From IMG/VR virus record IMGVR_UViG_3300035670_000052, positions 62,001-119,575 of that record: a DNA stretch of 57,575 nucleotides; one strand, given 5' to 3'. A model generated the notes under the pieces. That model saw nothing but the letters and a program-made list of their open reading frames with translations, ran no database searches and had not been told where the DNA came from. This document shows positions 1-7,897 of the stretch, in pieces (positions within the stretch are counted from its first letter, which is position 1; each line of letters begins with the position of its first letter). The stretch is from an uncultured virus (IMG/VR IMGVR_UViG_3300035670_000052) (taxonomy: Duplodnaviria > Heunggongvirae > Uroviricota > Caudoviricetes). The position numbers and the translations under genes were made by a program.

Positions 1-2
1 TT

Positions 3-359
3 CCATATTCTAGCGTAAGTGAACAAAATTCTTTCAGTGGAACAATCAGTGATAAAATTAGTGATGCTGTTGGAAAAATGAATGAAATGGGATCTGCATC
101 ATTGGGATCTCAAGATCAAGGATACTCTTCTATTCGTAAAGAATATTCTAAATTTTACAATTTTGTAAAAGGTGGTAATGATAGCTTGAGTTCTCTTCGT
201 AGAGAAACAATGTTTATCAACATTTTGCAAGGATTGCATCCTCTTGAAGCTGAAATACTTTGTTTGGTTAAAGATAAGAAATTAGAAACAAAATATAAAA
301 TTACAAAAGAAATTGTTTCACAAGCTTACCCAGATATTATTTGGGGTGGAAGATCTTGA
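3..359 (+). CDS. Conserved T4-like cyanophage hypothetical protein (5' truncated by window edge)
   Basis: Frame is open from position 3; C-terminus RRETMFINILQGLHPLEAEILCLVKDK resembles a common cyanomyovirus protein. Confidence 0.7.
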   Translation, partial: PYSSVSEQNSFSGTISDKISDAVGKMNEMGSASLGSQDQGYSSIRKEYSKFYNFVKGGNDSLSSLRRETMFINILQGLHPLEAEILCLVKDKKLETKYKITKEIVSQAYPDIIWGGRS

Positions 360-700
360 GGAAAGAATTAGTAAAAACTAAGGAGGAACTTGATGTTGTG
401 GAATGGACAACTGAAGAAAAAACAAATTTACCTCCTAAGTATGGATGTCAGATTTTAGTTGAAAATGCCTCATATGAAGAACAAAGAGATACTTCTTTTC
501 CTACTGATGCACATTTAGTATATTACATTGTAAATGAAAAATCCTATGTTGATGTGTGCAGGGGAACTAGAGTAAAAATTTTTGATTTGTATTATGATAA
601 ATTTGGTTCTGGTGCAATCAAAAAAATATATTGGGGATATGGGAGAGTTAATCCTAAAATTTGGGGATATAAAGCACCCGAAAAGAAAAAAAGAAAGTAA
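341..700 (+). CDS. Conserved cyanophage hypothetical protein (start uncertain)
   Basis: 119-aa ORF with motifs IFDLYYDKFG and WGYGRVNPKIWGY. Confidence 0.7.
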   Translation: MGWKILRKELVKTKEELDVVEWTTEEKTNLPPKYGCQILVENASYEEQRDTSFPTDAHLVYYIVNEKSYVDVCRGTRVKIFDLYYDKFGSGAIKKIYWGYGRVNPKIWGYKAPEKKKRK

Positions 701-760
701 TTTTCCAAAAGCTGGAAAAAAAATTCGCCAAAATTTTTTCGCACGAAGGTTTTTTAAAAT

Positions 761-776
761 TGTAACATCTTATACA
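761..776. promoter_or_regulatory. NtcA-type binding site TGTA-N8-TACA
   Basis: tGTAacatcttaTACa matches the extended cyanobacterial NtcA consensus and lies just upstream of the -35 box. Confidence 0.6.
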
Positions 777-784
777 TAAAAAGC

Positions 785-813
785 TTGCTATATAGATTGA
801 ATAGGGTTATAAT
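785..813 (+). promoter_or_regulatory. Sigma70-type promoter
   Basis: TTGCTA-N17-TATAAT; predicted start about 820, directly before the riboswitch-like RNA. Confidence 0.8.
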
Positions 814-823
814 AATCCTCTAA

Positions 824-863
824 CGTTCATCCCTTTGGGACGGAAGTAAGCCGACTCGGAACG
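824..863 (+). ncRNA. Glutamine riboswitch-like aptamer 1 (glnA / Downstream-peptide family)
   Basis: P1 CGTTC...GAACG, P2 TCCC-TTT-GGGA, conserved CGGAAGTA junction; upstream of a YRG peptide gene. Confidence 0.75.
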
Positions 864-866
864 GAT

Positions 867-1035
867 CGTTCATCTATGGAAACACTCATTCTGACATGCT
901 TACAAGCACACTTAATTGCTGGGAGAGTTCATCAACAGAACATTTCCAAACAGGTAAAGAATGATTTAATTTGGGAAATAAAACAGATCTCTCCAAAGGA
1001 GTGTAAAATAGACGCAAAAGCCGACTGAAGGAACG
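867..1035 (+). ncRNA. Glutamine riboswitch-like aptamer 2 with about 130-nt insertion in the P2 loop
   Basis: CGTTCA-TCTAT(873-877)...ATAGA(1008-1012)-CGCAAAAGCCGACTGAAGGAACG mirrors aptamer 1. Confidence 0.65.
876..1028 (+). CDS. 50-aa small protein encoded within aptamer 2
   Basis: METLILTCLQAHLIAGRVHQQNISKQVKNDLIWEIKQISPKECKIDAKAD*; below the ORF-track cutoff. Confidence 0.6.
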   Translation: METLILTCLQAHLIAGRVHQQNISKQVKNDLIWEIKQISPKECKIDAKAD

Positions 1036-1067
1036 CTCTTTAACCTAAACCATTAAGGAGAAACCTA

Positions 1068-1202
1068 ATGTCTAAAGTCGTATATCGCGGTGTCGAATAT
1101 GATACCGAAGTTCGTCGCCAGCAACAGCAGGCACAACAGCAACCCCAACAATACAACGAAACCTATCGTGGTGTTAAGTTTGTGAAGGAGGGGCAAAAAT
1201 GA
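1068..1202 (+). CDS. DUF4278-like YRG-motif peptide (44 aa)
   Basis: MSKVVYRGVEYDTEVRRQQQQAQQQPQQYNETYRGVKFVKEGQK*; two YRGV motifs; AAGGAG SD; downstream of a glutamine riboswitch as is typical for this family. Confidence 0.8.
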   Translation: MSKVVYRGVEYDTEVRRQQQQAQQQPQQYNETYRGVKFVKEGQK

Positions 1203-1300
1203 ATACTTACTTCGTTCGATATTTAAAAAGAAAAGCAAAGAAGGAACAACTCCTTCATAATGCACAACTGAATATGGCAAAGCAACCACAAATTGCTTGA
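1199..1300 (+). CDS. 33-aa basic peptide
   Basis: MNTYFVRYLKRKAKKEQLLHNAQLNMAKQPQIA*; ATGA overlap with the upstream gene and GGAGG SD. Confidence 0.6.
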   Translation: MNTYFVRYLKRKAKKEQLLHNAQLNMAKQPQIA

Positions 1301-1303
1301 TTT

Positions 1304-1332
1304 GGGAGGGGACTTGATCCCCTCTTTTTTTT
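1304..1332 (+). terminator. Rho-independent terminator
   Basis: GAGGGGA-cttga-TCCCCTC followed by a T run. Confidence 0.8.
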
Positions 1333-1363
1333 ATGCTAAAATGAATTGAAGTAACTATAAAGT

Positions 1364-1516
1364 ATGGACAAAGAAAAACTAAAACTTATTGTTCGTAATC
1401 TTGAATTACTGATTGATTCTTTGAAAGTAGAAATTTACTCTGATACTTCTGCATCTAAAGCACCAAAAAGAGTTATTGATGATTATGACGAAATTTTCGA
1501 GGAATATGACAACTAG
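1364..1516 (+). CDS. Conserved cyanophage hypothetical protein (50 aa)
   Basis: MDKEKLKLIVRNLELLIDSLKVEIYSD...DDYDEIFEEYDN*. Confidence 0.65.
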   Translation: MDKEKLKLIVRNLELLIDSLKVEIYSDTSASKAPKRVIDDYDEIFEEYDN

Positions 1517-1676
1517 TAGAGCAAAAAAACTGGTTAAACTTCTGGAAAGAATGTTGAAACAAGATCATCTATTTTCAGAAGAGCAACTGGTAGAAATCAA
1601 ACAACAAATGCGAGTAGTAAAACAAGAACTTGCAGAATTTGAGACACAAACATCAAAAGGATTTGGAAAGAAATGA
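1506..1676 (+). CDS. Conserved cyanophage hypothetical protein
   Basis: MTTSRAKKLVKLLERMLKQDHLFS...SKGFG; overlaps both neighbours. Confidence 0.65.
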   Translation: MTTSRAKKLVKLLERMLKQDHLFSEEQLVEIKQQMRVVKQELAEFETQTSKGFGKK

Positions 1677-2425
1677 AACCCATTAAAGCAAAAGACCTTC
1701 TTGAACTGGATAAAAGACTTGAAGTTGTAAAACTTCAGGGATACCCAATCCCAGAACAAGTTATTTGGCAGGCAGGAAAGGGCGATTATTCTGAAGTTCC
1801 GATTCATAATGTTCCAGTTCCCAACCATCATGAATGTGGTCAGTGGATTGTTGAACAATTGTTAGCTAATGAGAGGGGGCATTGGGGTCCAATTGAGCAC
1901 CCTGGCATTACTTTTTCTTGTGCTGGATTTGTTCATAATGTTATCGTTCAGGCAAGAACTCATCGTATCGGAACCAGTTGGGATGTTCAGTCTCAGCGTT
2001 ACACTGGAAAACGTGTTCTTAAAGTTGCCAAGCGTGAACTCCATGTTGAGGAAGTCTTCTACGTGCGCCCTCAGGGGTACTACACTAACCGTAAGGGTAA
2101 GAAGTATGAATGGGCCGAAGAGCACCGACAACGCAAGTTAGAGCGCATTTTGAGTGAGTGTGAGGAGTATGCTGATTACTATGAGCAGGGTATGTGTGAA
2201 GAGCATATTCGGGATTATCTTCCTCAGGCAATTCGTCAGAACTTTGTAGTCTCATTTAATCTTCGTTCAGTTCTTCACTTTATGGATCTTCGTTCTAAAC
2301 TTGATGCTCAAATTGAAATTCAAGCACTTTGTGATGCAATTGCTCCCGAACTTCAAAAATGGTCTCCTAATGTTTGGAGGTATTATGAAGAGAAGCGTCT
2401 TCACAAGGCACGTTTGAGTCCATAA
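1673..2425 (+). CDS. thyX: FAD-dependent thymidylate synthase
   Basis: GHWGPIEH, QARTHR-x-SWDVQSQRY ThyX motif, NLRSVLHFMDLRS..DAQIEI. Confidence 0.95.
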   Translation: MKPIKAKDLLELDKRLEVVKLQGYPIPEQVIWQAGKGDYSEVPIHNVPVPNHHECGQWIVEQLLANERGHWGPIEHPGITFSCAGFVHNVIVQARTHRIGTSWDVQSQRYTGKRVLKVAKRELHVEEVFYVRPQGYYTNRKGKKYEWAEEHRQRKLERILSECEEYADYYEQGMCEEHIRDYLPQAIRQNFVVSFNLRSVLHFMDLRSKLDAQIEIQALCDAIAPELQKWSPNVWRYYEEKRLHKARLSP

Positions 2426-2428
2426 ATA
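2421..2428 (+). promoter_or_regulatory. T4-like late promoter
   Basis: CATAAATA in the intergenic position. Confidence 0.6.
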
Positions 2429-2452
2429 TTTTTGTGTTGATTTTGTAACTTT

Positions 2453-2695
2453 ATGGCAATATATCCAATTATTAACAAAGAGACTGGTGAGAAAAAAGTC
2501 ATTGAGATGAGTGTTAATGATATTATGCAGTGGTATAAAGACAATCCTGAATGGAAAAGGGATTGGTCTGAAGGATGTGCTACTCCAGGAGAAGTTGGTG
2601 ATTGGAGGAATAAACTAACCTCCAAGCATCCTTCGTGGAATACCGTCCTAGAAAAAGCATCAAAAGCACCAGGTTCAACTGTTAAGAAACTCTAA
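2453..2695 (+). CDS. Conserved cyanophage hypothetical protein upstream of phoH
   Basis: MAIYPIINKETGE...WYKDNPEWKRDWSEGCA; syntenic position. Confidence 0.75.
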   Translation: MAIYPIINKETGEKKVIEMSVNDIMQWYKDNPEWKRDWSEGCATPGEVGDWRNKLTSKHPSWNTVLEKASKAPGSTVKKL

Positions 2696-2696
2696 T

Positions 2697-3449
2697 ATGG
2701 CAAGAAGAAAAAGAACAGAGCAACCAATCGGAGTTGGTCTTACTACTCGTCAAACAAAGCGTAAAAAAACATTGAGTTCTGAATATCTAATTGATATAGA
2801 ACCACTTACAGAAAATCAAAGAAAACTTTTTGAATCTTATTCGGAACAAAAGCATATAGTTGCTTATGGTTGCGCAGGAACAGGTAAAACTTTTATCACA
2901 CTTTACAATGCTTTATGTGAAGTTTTGGATGAAAGATCTCCATATGAAAAAATTTATTTGGTTCGTTCATTAGTTGCTACACGGGAAATTGGCTTTCTTC
3001 CTGGTTCATATGATGATAAGTCAGATATTTATCAAATTCCCTATAAGAATATGGTAAAATATATGTTCCAACTTTCAAGCGATGCGGAGTTTGAGATGCT
3101 CTATGGAAATCTCAAATCGCAGGAAACGATTAAGTTCTGGTCAACTTCTTTTCTTCGTGGAACAACATTAGATAATGCAATTATCATCGTGGATGAGTTT
3201 CAAAATTGCACAATGCATGAATTGGATTCTATTATTACTCGTGTCGGTGAAAGTTCAAAAATTATGTTTTGTGGAGATGCAACCCAATCCGATTTGCAAA
3301 AAACAAACGAGCGAAATGGTATCATAGATTTTATGACAGTATTGCGAAAAATGCCATCTTTTGATATAATTGAGTTTGGTGTAGACGATATTGTTCGTTC
3401 TGGACTTGTTAAAGAATACATTGTTGCAAAAATGGATGCTGGTTTTTGA
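2697..3449 (+). CDS. phoH: PhoH-like ATPase
   Basis: GCAGTGKT Walker A, IGFLPG, FLRGTT, IIVDEFQN, GDATQSD. Confidence 0.95.
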   Translation: MARRKRTEQPIGVGLTTRQTKRKKTLSSEYLIDIEPLTENQRKLFESYSEQKHIVAYGCAGTGKTFITLYNALCEVLDERSPYEKIYLVRSLVATREIGFLPGSYDDKSDIYQIPYKNMVKYMFQLSSDAEFEMLYGNLKSQETIKFWSTSFLRGTTLDNAIIIVDEFQNCTMHELDSIITRVGESSKIMFCGDATQSDLQKTNERNGIIDFMTVLRKMPSFDIIEFGVDDIVRSGLVKEYIVAKMDAGF

Positions 3450-4129
3450 TGTTTAATCATATTGATATTGAACTCCCACAGTTGGAGCGTGAAACAATCG
3501 ATGGCGTAAGATATTACAAAGTCCCTGACGCAGAAGAACTTCTCCGACTGGTCTCCATCACTTCGGTGACCAGTCATTTTAATAAAGAAATTTTTGTTAA
3601 ATGGCGTAAAAAAGTCGGTGAAGAAGAAGCAGATAAGATTACTCGGCAGGCAACTAGTCGGGGAACTGATATGCATACTTTAGTTGAGCATCTTTTAAAA
3701 AACGAAGACCTTCCATCAGTTCAACCTCTTTCTGAGTTTTTATTTAAAATTGCAAAACCAGAACTCAATCGTATAAATAATATTTACGCCCTTGAGGGGT
3801 CCCTATATAGTAAGCAACTGGGAATCGCGGGAACAGTTGATTGTATTGCCGAATATAATGGTGAGTTAGCGATAATCGACTTTAAGACTTCTAAAAAACC
3901 AAAACCACGTGAGTGGATTGAGCATTATTTTGTTCAGTGTATGGCATATGGATGTATGCTTTACGAATTGACTGGAATTTCAGTCAAAAAACTTGTAATC
4001 ATTATGGCTTGCGAAAATGGAGAATGTATCGTTTATGAAGAATATGACAAATCAAAATACATCAAACTACTCACCCAATATATTAGAAAGTTTGTTAGAG
4101 ATAAATTGGAACTCTATGGAAACGAATAA
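3446..4129 (+). CDS. PD-(D/E)XK exonuclease
   Basis: RGTDMH, IAGTVDCIA, IIDFKTS, YFVQ..AY motifs. Confidence 0.9.
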   Translation: MMFNHIDIELPQLERETIDGVRYYKVPDAEELLRLVSITSVTSHFNKEIFVKWRKKVGEEEADKITRQATSRGTDMHTLVEHLLKNEDLPSVQPLSEFLFKIAKPELNRINNIYALEGSLYSKQLGIAGTVDCIAEYNGELAIIDFKTSKKPKPREWIEHYFVQCMAYGCMLYELTGISVKKLVIIMACENGECIVYEEYDKSKYIKLLTQYIRKFVRDKLELYGNE

Positions 4130-4376
4130 AGAATTAGAAAAAGCAATAGAAAATAAATTTTTAACACCTTCTAAGTTTGCTCTTGAAATTGAAAAAATTG
4201 TTGCTGAAGAAAATTTTAACTATATTGATGCAATTGTTCATTATTGCGAAATCAATAATCTTGAAGTAGAATCAGTTACGAAACTCATTTCAAAACCTTT
4301 GAAAGAAAGATTAAAGTGGGACGCAACTCGTCTTAACTTTATGAAAAAAACTTCGAGAGCACGACTTCCACTATGA
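4116..4376 (+). CDS. gp33: Late transcription coactivator gp33
   Basis: FALEIEKIV...YIDAIVHYCE...KLISKPLKERLK; between the exonuclease and gp59. Confidence 0.85.
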   Translation: METNKELEKAIENKFLTPSKFALEIEKIVAEENFNYIDAIVHYCEINNLEVESVTKLISKPLKERLKWDATRLNFMKKTSRARLPL

Positions 4377-4963
4377 GTCCTTTTGAGACATATCAAACTT
4401 ATCTTTCTATGAAAAGTCATTTTACTAATAGTAAATATGACTTTTTTAAATATGGGGGTAAATCTAGAGCAACCGTTACTTCTTTTAACAAACGGCGCGA
4501 TAAATATTTTTTTGAGAAGACAAGTCGCAAGTATTCTGATAAAGAAGTCGTAGATTTTTTAGTATCAAACTTTGTAGCATCGGATTCCCCTAGCAACTTA
4601 TGGATTGGAGAAATTATCAATTCTGGAGAAAGGACCTACGCAGATTGGATGCGGAGACAGCAGAGTTTGACTTACTTGTTCAAAGAACAATCAACGGAAT
4701 TGTTCTCCGAAAGCGAATTGGAAACTGTGTTCAACTGCTCCAAAGGACATCCTATAGTCCTCAAAAGATTTCTAAGCGGGAAATTATCACCAGAAACATT
4801 CGTAATTTACGACAAAATATTTTCAATCGTAAAAGATTTTGACAAGAAACTGTTGGATCCCGTATGGGAAACTGTTAGTTTAAAGATTAAAAAGTATTCT
4901 TCGTTTCTAAATATTGATGTATTTCAGTACAAAAAAATTTTAAGGGAAATCATAGATGAGTAA
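4373..4963 (+). CDS. gp59: Helicase loader gp59
   Basis: YLSMKSHF..SKYDFFKYGGK...FNKRRDKYFF; T4 synteny 33-59-32. Confidence 0.9.
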   Translation: MSPFETYQTYLSMKSHFTNSKYDFFKYGGKSRATVTSFNKRRDKYFFEKTSRKYSDKEVVDFLVSNFVASDSPSNLWIGEIINSGERTYADWMRRQQSLTYLFKEQSTELFSESELETVFNCSKGHPIVLKRFLSGKLSPETFVIYDKIFSIVKDFDKKLLDPVWETVSLKIKKYSSFLNIDVFQYKKILREIIDE

Positions 4964-5288
4964 CTTTTTTGACTCCGATATTATTCAAGACGAATTGAAA
5001 GAAATCAATAAGTTGCAAGAAGAGATTTACGGTAGTATTCTCACTTTTGGTGGAATGACCCGCGAAACAAAACTGGAACATATTGAAAAACTTGAAATCT
5101 TGTTAGAAAAACAAAGAGTGATGTACACTAGATTATCCCTTTCAGATGATCCAAAGGCGGTCGAAATGAAAGAGAACCTACGCAAATCAGTTGCACTGAT
5201 GGGTTTCCCACCAGAAACTGATATGAATATATTATTCTGTAGTATGAATAAAACAATCGAATCTCTCAAGCAATATATTGACCTCTGA
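4956..5288 (+). CDS. DUF1825-like protein
   Basis: FFDSDIIQDE...LLEKQRVMYTRLSLSDDP. Confidence 0.75.
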   Translation: MSNFFDSDIIQDELKEINKLQEEIYGSILTFGGMTRETKLEHIEKLEILLEKQRVMYTRLSLSDDPKAVEMKENLRKSVALMGFPPETDMNILFCSMNKTIESLKQYIDL

Positions 5289-5306
5289 GAGCATCTTTGC
5301 TATAAT
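5278..5306 (+). promoter_or_regulatory. Sigma70-type promoter for gp32
   Basis: TTGACC-N17-TATAAT. Confidence 0.75.
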
Positions 5307-5349
5307 ATCTAAGTAAATCACTCGAATCCAATTTATCCGAGGTAATCTA

Positions 5350-6279
5350 ATGGGCTTTGCCGATCTTAAAAAACAATCTAAACTGGGCTCTCTGACCGCC
5401 AAACTGGTCAAAGAAGTCGAAAAAATGAATACCACCAATAGTTCTTCTGACGAACGTGTATGGAAGTTAGACGTAGATAAAAGTGGTAATGGTTTCGCAG
5501 TAATTCGTTTTCTTCCTGCTCCTGATGGGGAAGATCTTCCGTTTGTAAAGCTTTATAGCCACGCATTCCAAGGCACTGGTGGTTGGTATATTGAAAACTC
5601 CTTAACCACTATCGGCCAAAAAGATCCAGTTTCTGAATATAACACTCAACTCTGGAACAATGGAACTGATGCTGGTAAAGAATTAGCGCGTAAGCAAAAG
5701 CGCAAATTAACTTATATTAGCAACATTTATGTTGTGAAGGATCCTGCTAATCCCGAAAACGAAGGTAAAGTCTTTCTCTTTAAGTACGGTAAAAAAATCT
5801 TTGACAAACTGACTGCAGCTATGCAACCCGAGTTTGAAGATGAAGAAGCAATTGATCCTTTTGACTTCTGGCAAGGTGCCAACTTCAAGTTGAAGGCAAA
5901 AAATGTTGCTGGTTATCGTAACTATGATTCCAGCGAGTTTGCAAATCCCGCTCCTATGCTGGACGATGATGATGCAATGGAAGCGGTATGGAAGAAGCAA
6001 TATTCACTTGCCGAACTAGTTGCTGCCGATCAGTTCAAGACTTATGATGAACTGAAAAAGCGTCTTGATTCTGTTCTTGGTTCTAAGTCTTCTGTTCGTT
6101 TAGATGAAGAAGTTGAGAATGAGGAAGAGTATTCTCGTGGTTCTGTGAAGGAACTTGATGATGATCTTCGTTCAGAACTTAACAATCTGAAACCTACTCG
6201 ACGTGCTTCTGCACCTGTGGAGGAAGATGAGGATGATGATGCCCTCAGTTATTTTGCAAAACTTGCATCAGACGATTGA
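5350..6279 (+). CDS. gp32: Single-stranded DNA-binding protein gp32
   Basis: GNGFAVIRFLPAP, WYIENSLTT, GANFKLK, acidic C-terminal tail. Confidence 0.97.
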   Translation: MGFADLKKQSKLGSLTAKLVKEVEKMNTTNSSSDERVWKLDVDKSGNGFAVIRFLPAPDGEDLPFVKLYSHAFQGTGGWYIENSLTTIGQKDPVSEYNTQLWNNGTDAGKELARKQKRKLTYISNIYVVKDPANPENEGKVFLFKYGKKIFDKLTAAMQPEFEDEEAIDPFDFWQGANFKLKAKNVAGYRNYDSSEFANPAPMLDDDDAMEAVWKKQYSLAELVAADQFKTYDELKKRLDSVLGSKSSVRLDEEVENEEEYSRGSVKELDDDLRSELNNLKPTRRASAPVEEDEDDDALSYFAKLASDD

Positions 6280-6285
6280 TTTTGT

Positions 6286-6310
6286 GCGGGGGGGGAAACC
6301 CCCCTTTCTT
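6286..6310. terminator. Terminator between convergent genes
   Basis: G-run GAAA C-run hairpin flanked by T-rich sequence. Confidence 0.65.
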
Positions 6311-6962
6311 ATATTAAAGTATTTCTAGTATTTTCGGTGCGAATTAATTTTTCATCAATGTATTGTGACGATTGATCATACAATAATGAAGTTCTCATAT
6401 CTTTAACTACTTGTTTTAAATAACCAGGTTTAAGAACATATATTGTCCTTTTTTTATTATTTTTTTCCACCTCATATTCATAATTTGATATTCCAATAAC
6501 TGGTGGTGGACTAATAACTGCTAATCTATTAGATGGATCTGGTATAGTAAAATTTGAATCTACAGTTTTACCTTTTGGTAAAATTAATCTATTGTTTGAA
6601 TCTAACACTTCTATAGTTTCGTAATGATGAATTGAATTTAATTCATTTCCATATTTTTCTAGACAATATTCATATAGATCTTTATCAGATAGTGGCCATT
6701 GATCTCTTATATTTGTTATTCCAGCACTAATTAAGATAACCCAATCATATTGAGTGCTATTATATAATTCCTTAGCTACTAAATCTGGTCTAGAACCATC
6801 TGGAATTTGGTATTTGTAAAATATTGTAAATACATTTTGAAGGTCATCTCTAAGTTTAGCCCTACGAAATAAATTTTTAACAGTTACATACTCGTCAGAT
6901 GAAACTCTGGAAGATAATGGTGATTGATATTCTAAATTTGGAAGTTCTCTAAAGTAAGACAT
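6309..6962 (-). CDS. gp53: Baseplate wedge subunit gp53
   Basis: MSYFRELPNLEY, RPDLVAKELY...DWVILI, NYEYE..N.KKRTI. Confidence 0.9.
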   Translation of the reverse strand: MSYFRELPNLEYQSPLSSRVSSDEYVTVKNLFRRAKLRDDLQNVFTIFYKYQIPDGSRPDLVAKELYNSTQYDWVILISAGITNIRDQWPLSDKDLYEYCLEKYGNELNSIHHYETIEVLDSNNRLILPKGKTVDSNFTIPDPSNRLAVISPPPVIGISNYEYEVEKNNKKRTIYVLKPGYLKQVVKDMRTSLLYDQSSQYIDEKLIRTENTRNTLI

Positions 6963-7876
6963 TAGTAACCTACCCCTTCTTTTCCTTCTTCTTCATTATA
7001 ATCTTCAGCATATACAACAGATAGTTCTTGAAAAGCTAATGATAGTTGTAAATGTACTGGAGTTGCATCTGGATATGTTGCATACATTCCAGAAGCTGTA
7101 TAATTAACTCCCATATTAATAAGAGCACAAGGTTTAAATCTATTTAAAAATGGATGATTTCTTCCACCACTCATGTATGAAAGTAAAAAAACGTTTGGAG
7201 ATTTAACAAAAAATCCTCCGCCAGAAGATTCTGCAGAACCTTTACTTGCACTCATATTTTGTTTAAAAATTCTAATAATATTTTTTACTATTTCAGATTC
7301 TTCTTTTGATCTTGGAATCAAATCATATGTAAATTGGAATGGTGTTCTAATTGTTACTCCACCAAATAACAGTTCAACATTTTGGTTTACAACAGCACCA
7401 GTTGCTCTTGATACCAATTGATTAATATCAGCACTTCCATTTAAAAGAGTTTGTACAGCTAATCCTGCAAAAGTTGTTGATGCAGCTTTTTGACCCGTTG
7501 CATCAGTTACTGCTCCAGATATTTTATCTAAAGCTCCTTGAACTGCTTTTAGTCCTGTATTAAAAGGATTTGAGGATGTTATTACCTTCTCAGTACCACT
7601 CAACAATCCTCCAGCAAGAGAATTTAAACTATTTTCTCCCCAACTAGCAGAATTTGAATCGCTAATATTTTGTGGTATTGGTAAAATAATTGTTTGCAAT
7701 AATACTTTATTATTTTTTATAGATTGGTCTGCGCTACCCAAAGCAAATCCAGAACCCTGTTGTCCCAATCCAGGAGGAACATACTGTACAATTTCGATTT
7801 TAAGATAATCATCCCTTTCCCCTATATTTTTAAGAGGATACCTCAATTGTTGTGGTGGCGAGGAATTTGGTGCCAT
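6962..7876 (-). CDS. gp48: Baseplate tail tube cap gp48
   Basis: IILPIP.NISD.NSASW, NQNVELLF.G...R.FQF, FKPCAL..M.VNY. Confidence 0.88.
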   Translation of the reverse strand: MAPNSSPPQQLRYPLKNIGERDDYLKIEIVQYVPPGLGQQGSGFALGSADQSIKNNKVLLQTIILPIPQNISDSNSASWGENSLNSLAGGLLSGTEKVITSSNPFNTGLKAVQGALDKISGAVTDATGQKAASTTFAGLAVQTLLNGSADINQLVSRATGAVVNQNVELLFGGVTIRTPFQFTYDLIPRSKEESEIVKNIIRIFKQNMSASKGSAESSGGGFFVKSPNVFLLSYMSGGRNHPFLNRFKPCALINMGVNYTASGMYATYPDATPVHLQLSLAFQELSVVYAEDYNEEEGKEGVGY

Positions 7877-7889
7877 TCTTTTTTGTAAT

Positions 7890-7897
7890 TATTTATT
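7890..7897 (-). promoter_or_regulatory. T4-like late promoter
   Basis: AATAAATA on the minus strand upstream of gp48. Confidence 0.55.

Noticed and set aside
1065..1289. Minus-strand 74-aa hydrophobic ORF
   Set aside because: Antisense to the YRG and basic peptide genes, which have promoter, SD and terminator support
3446..4129. Exonuclease as a Cas4/CRISPR component
   Set aside because: No Fe-S cysteine cluster pattern; it sits in the standard phoH-exo-gp33 core synteny
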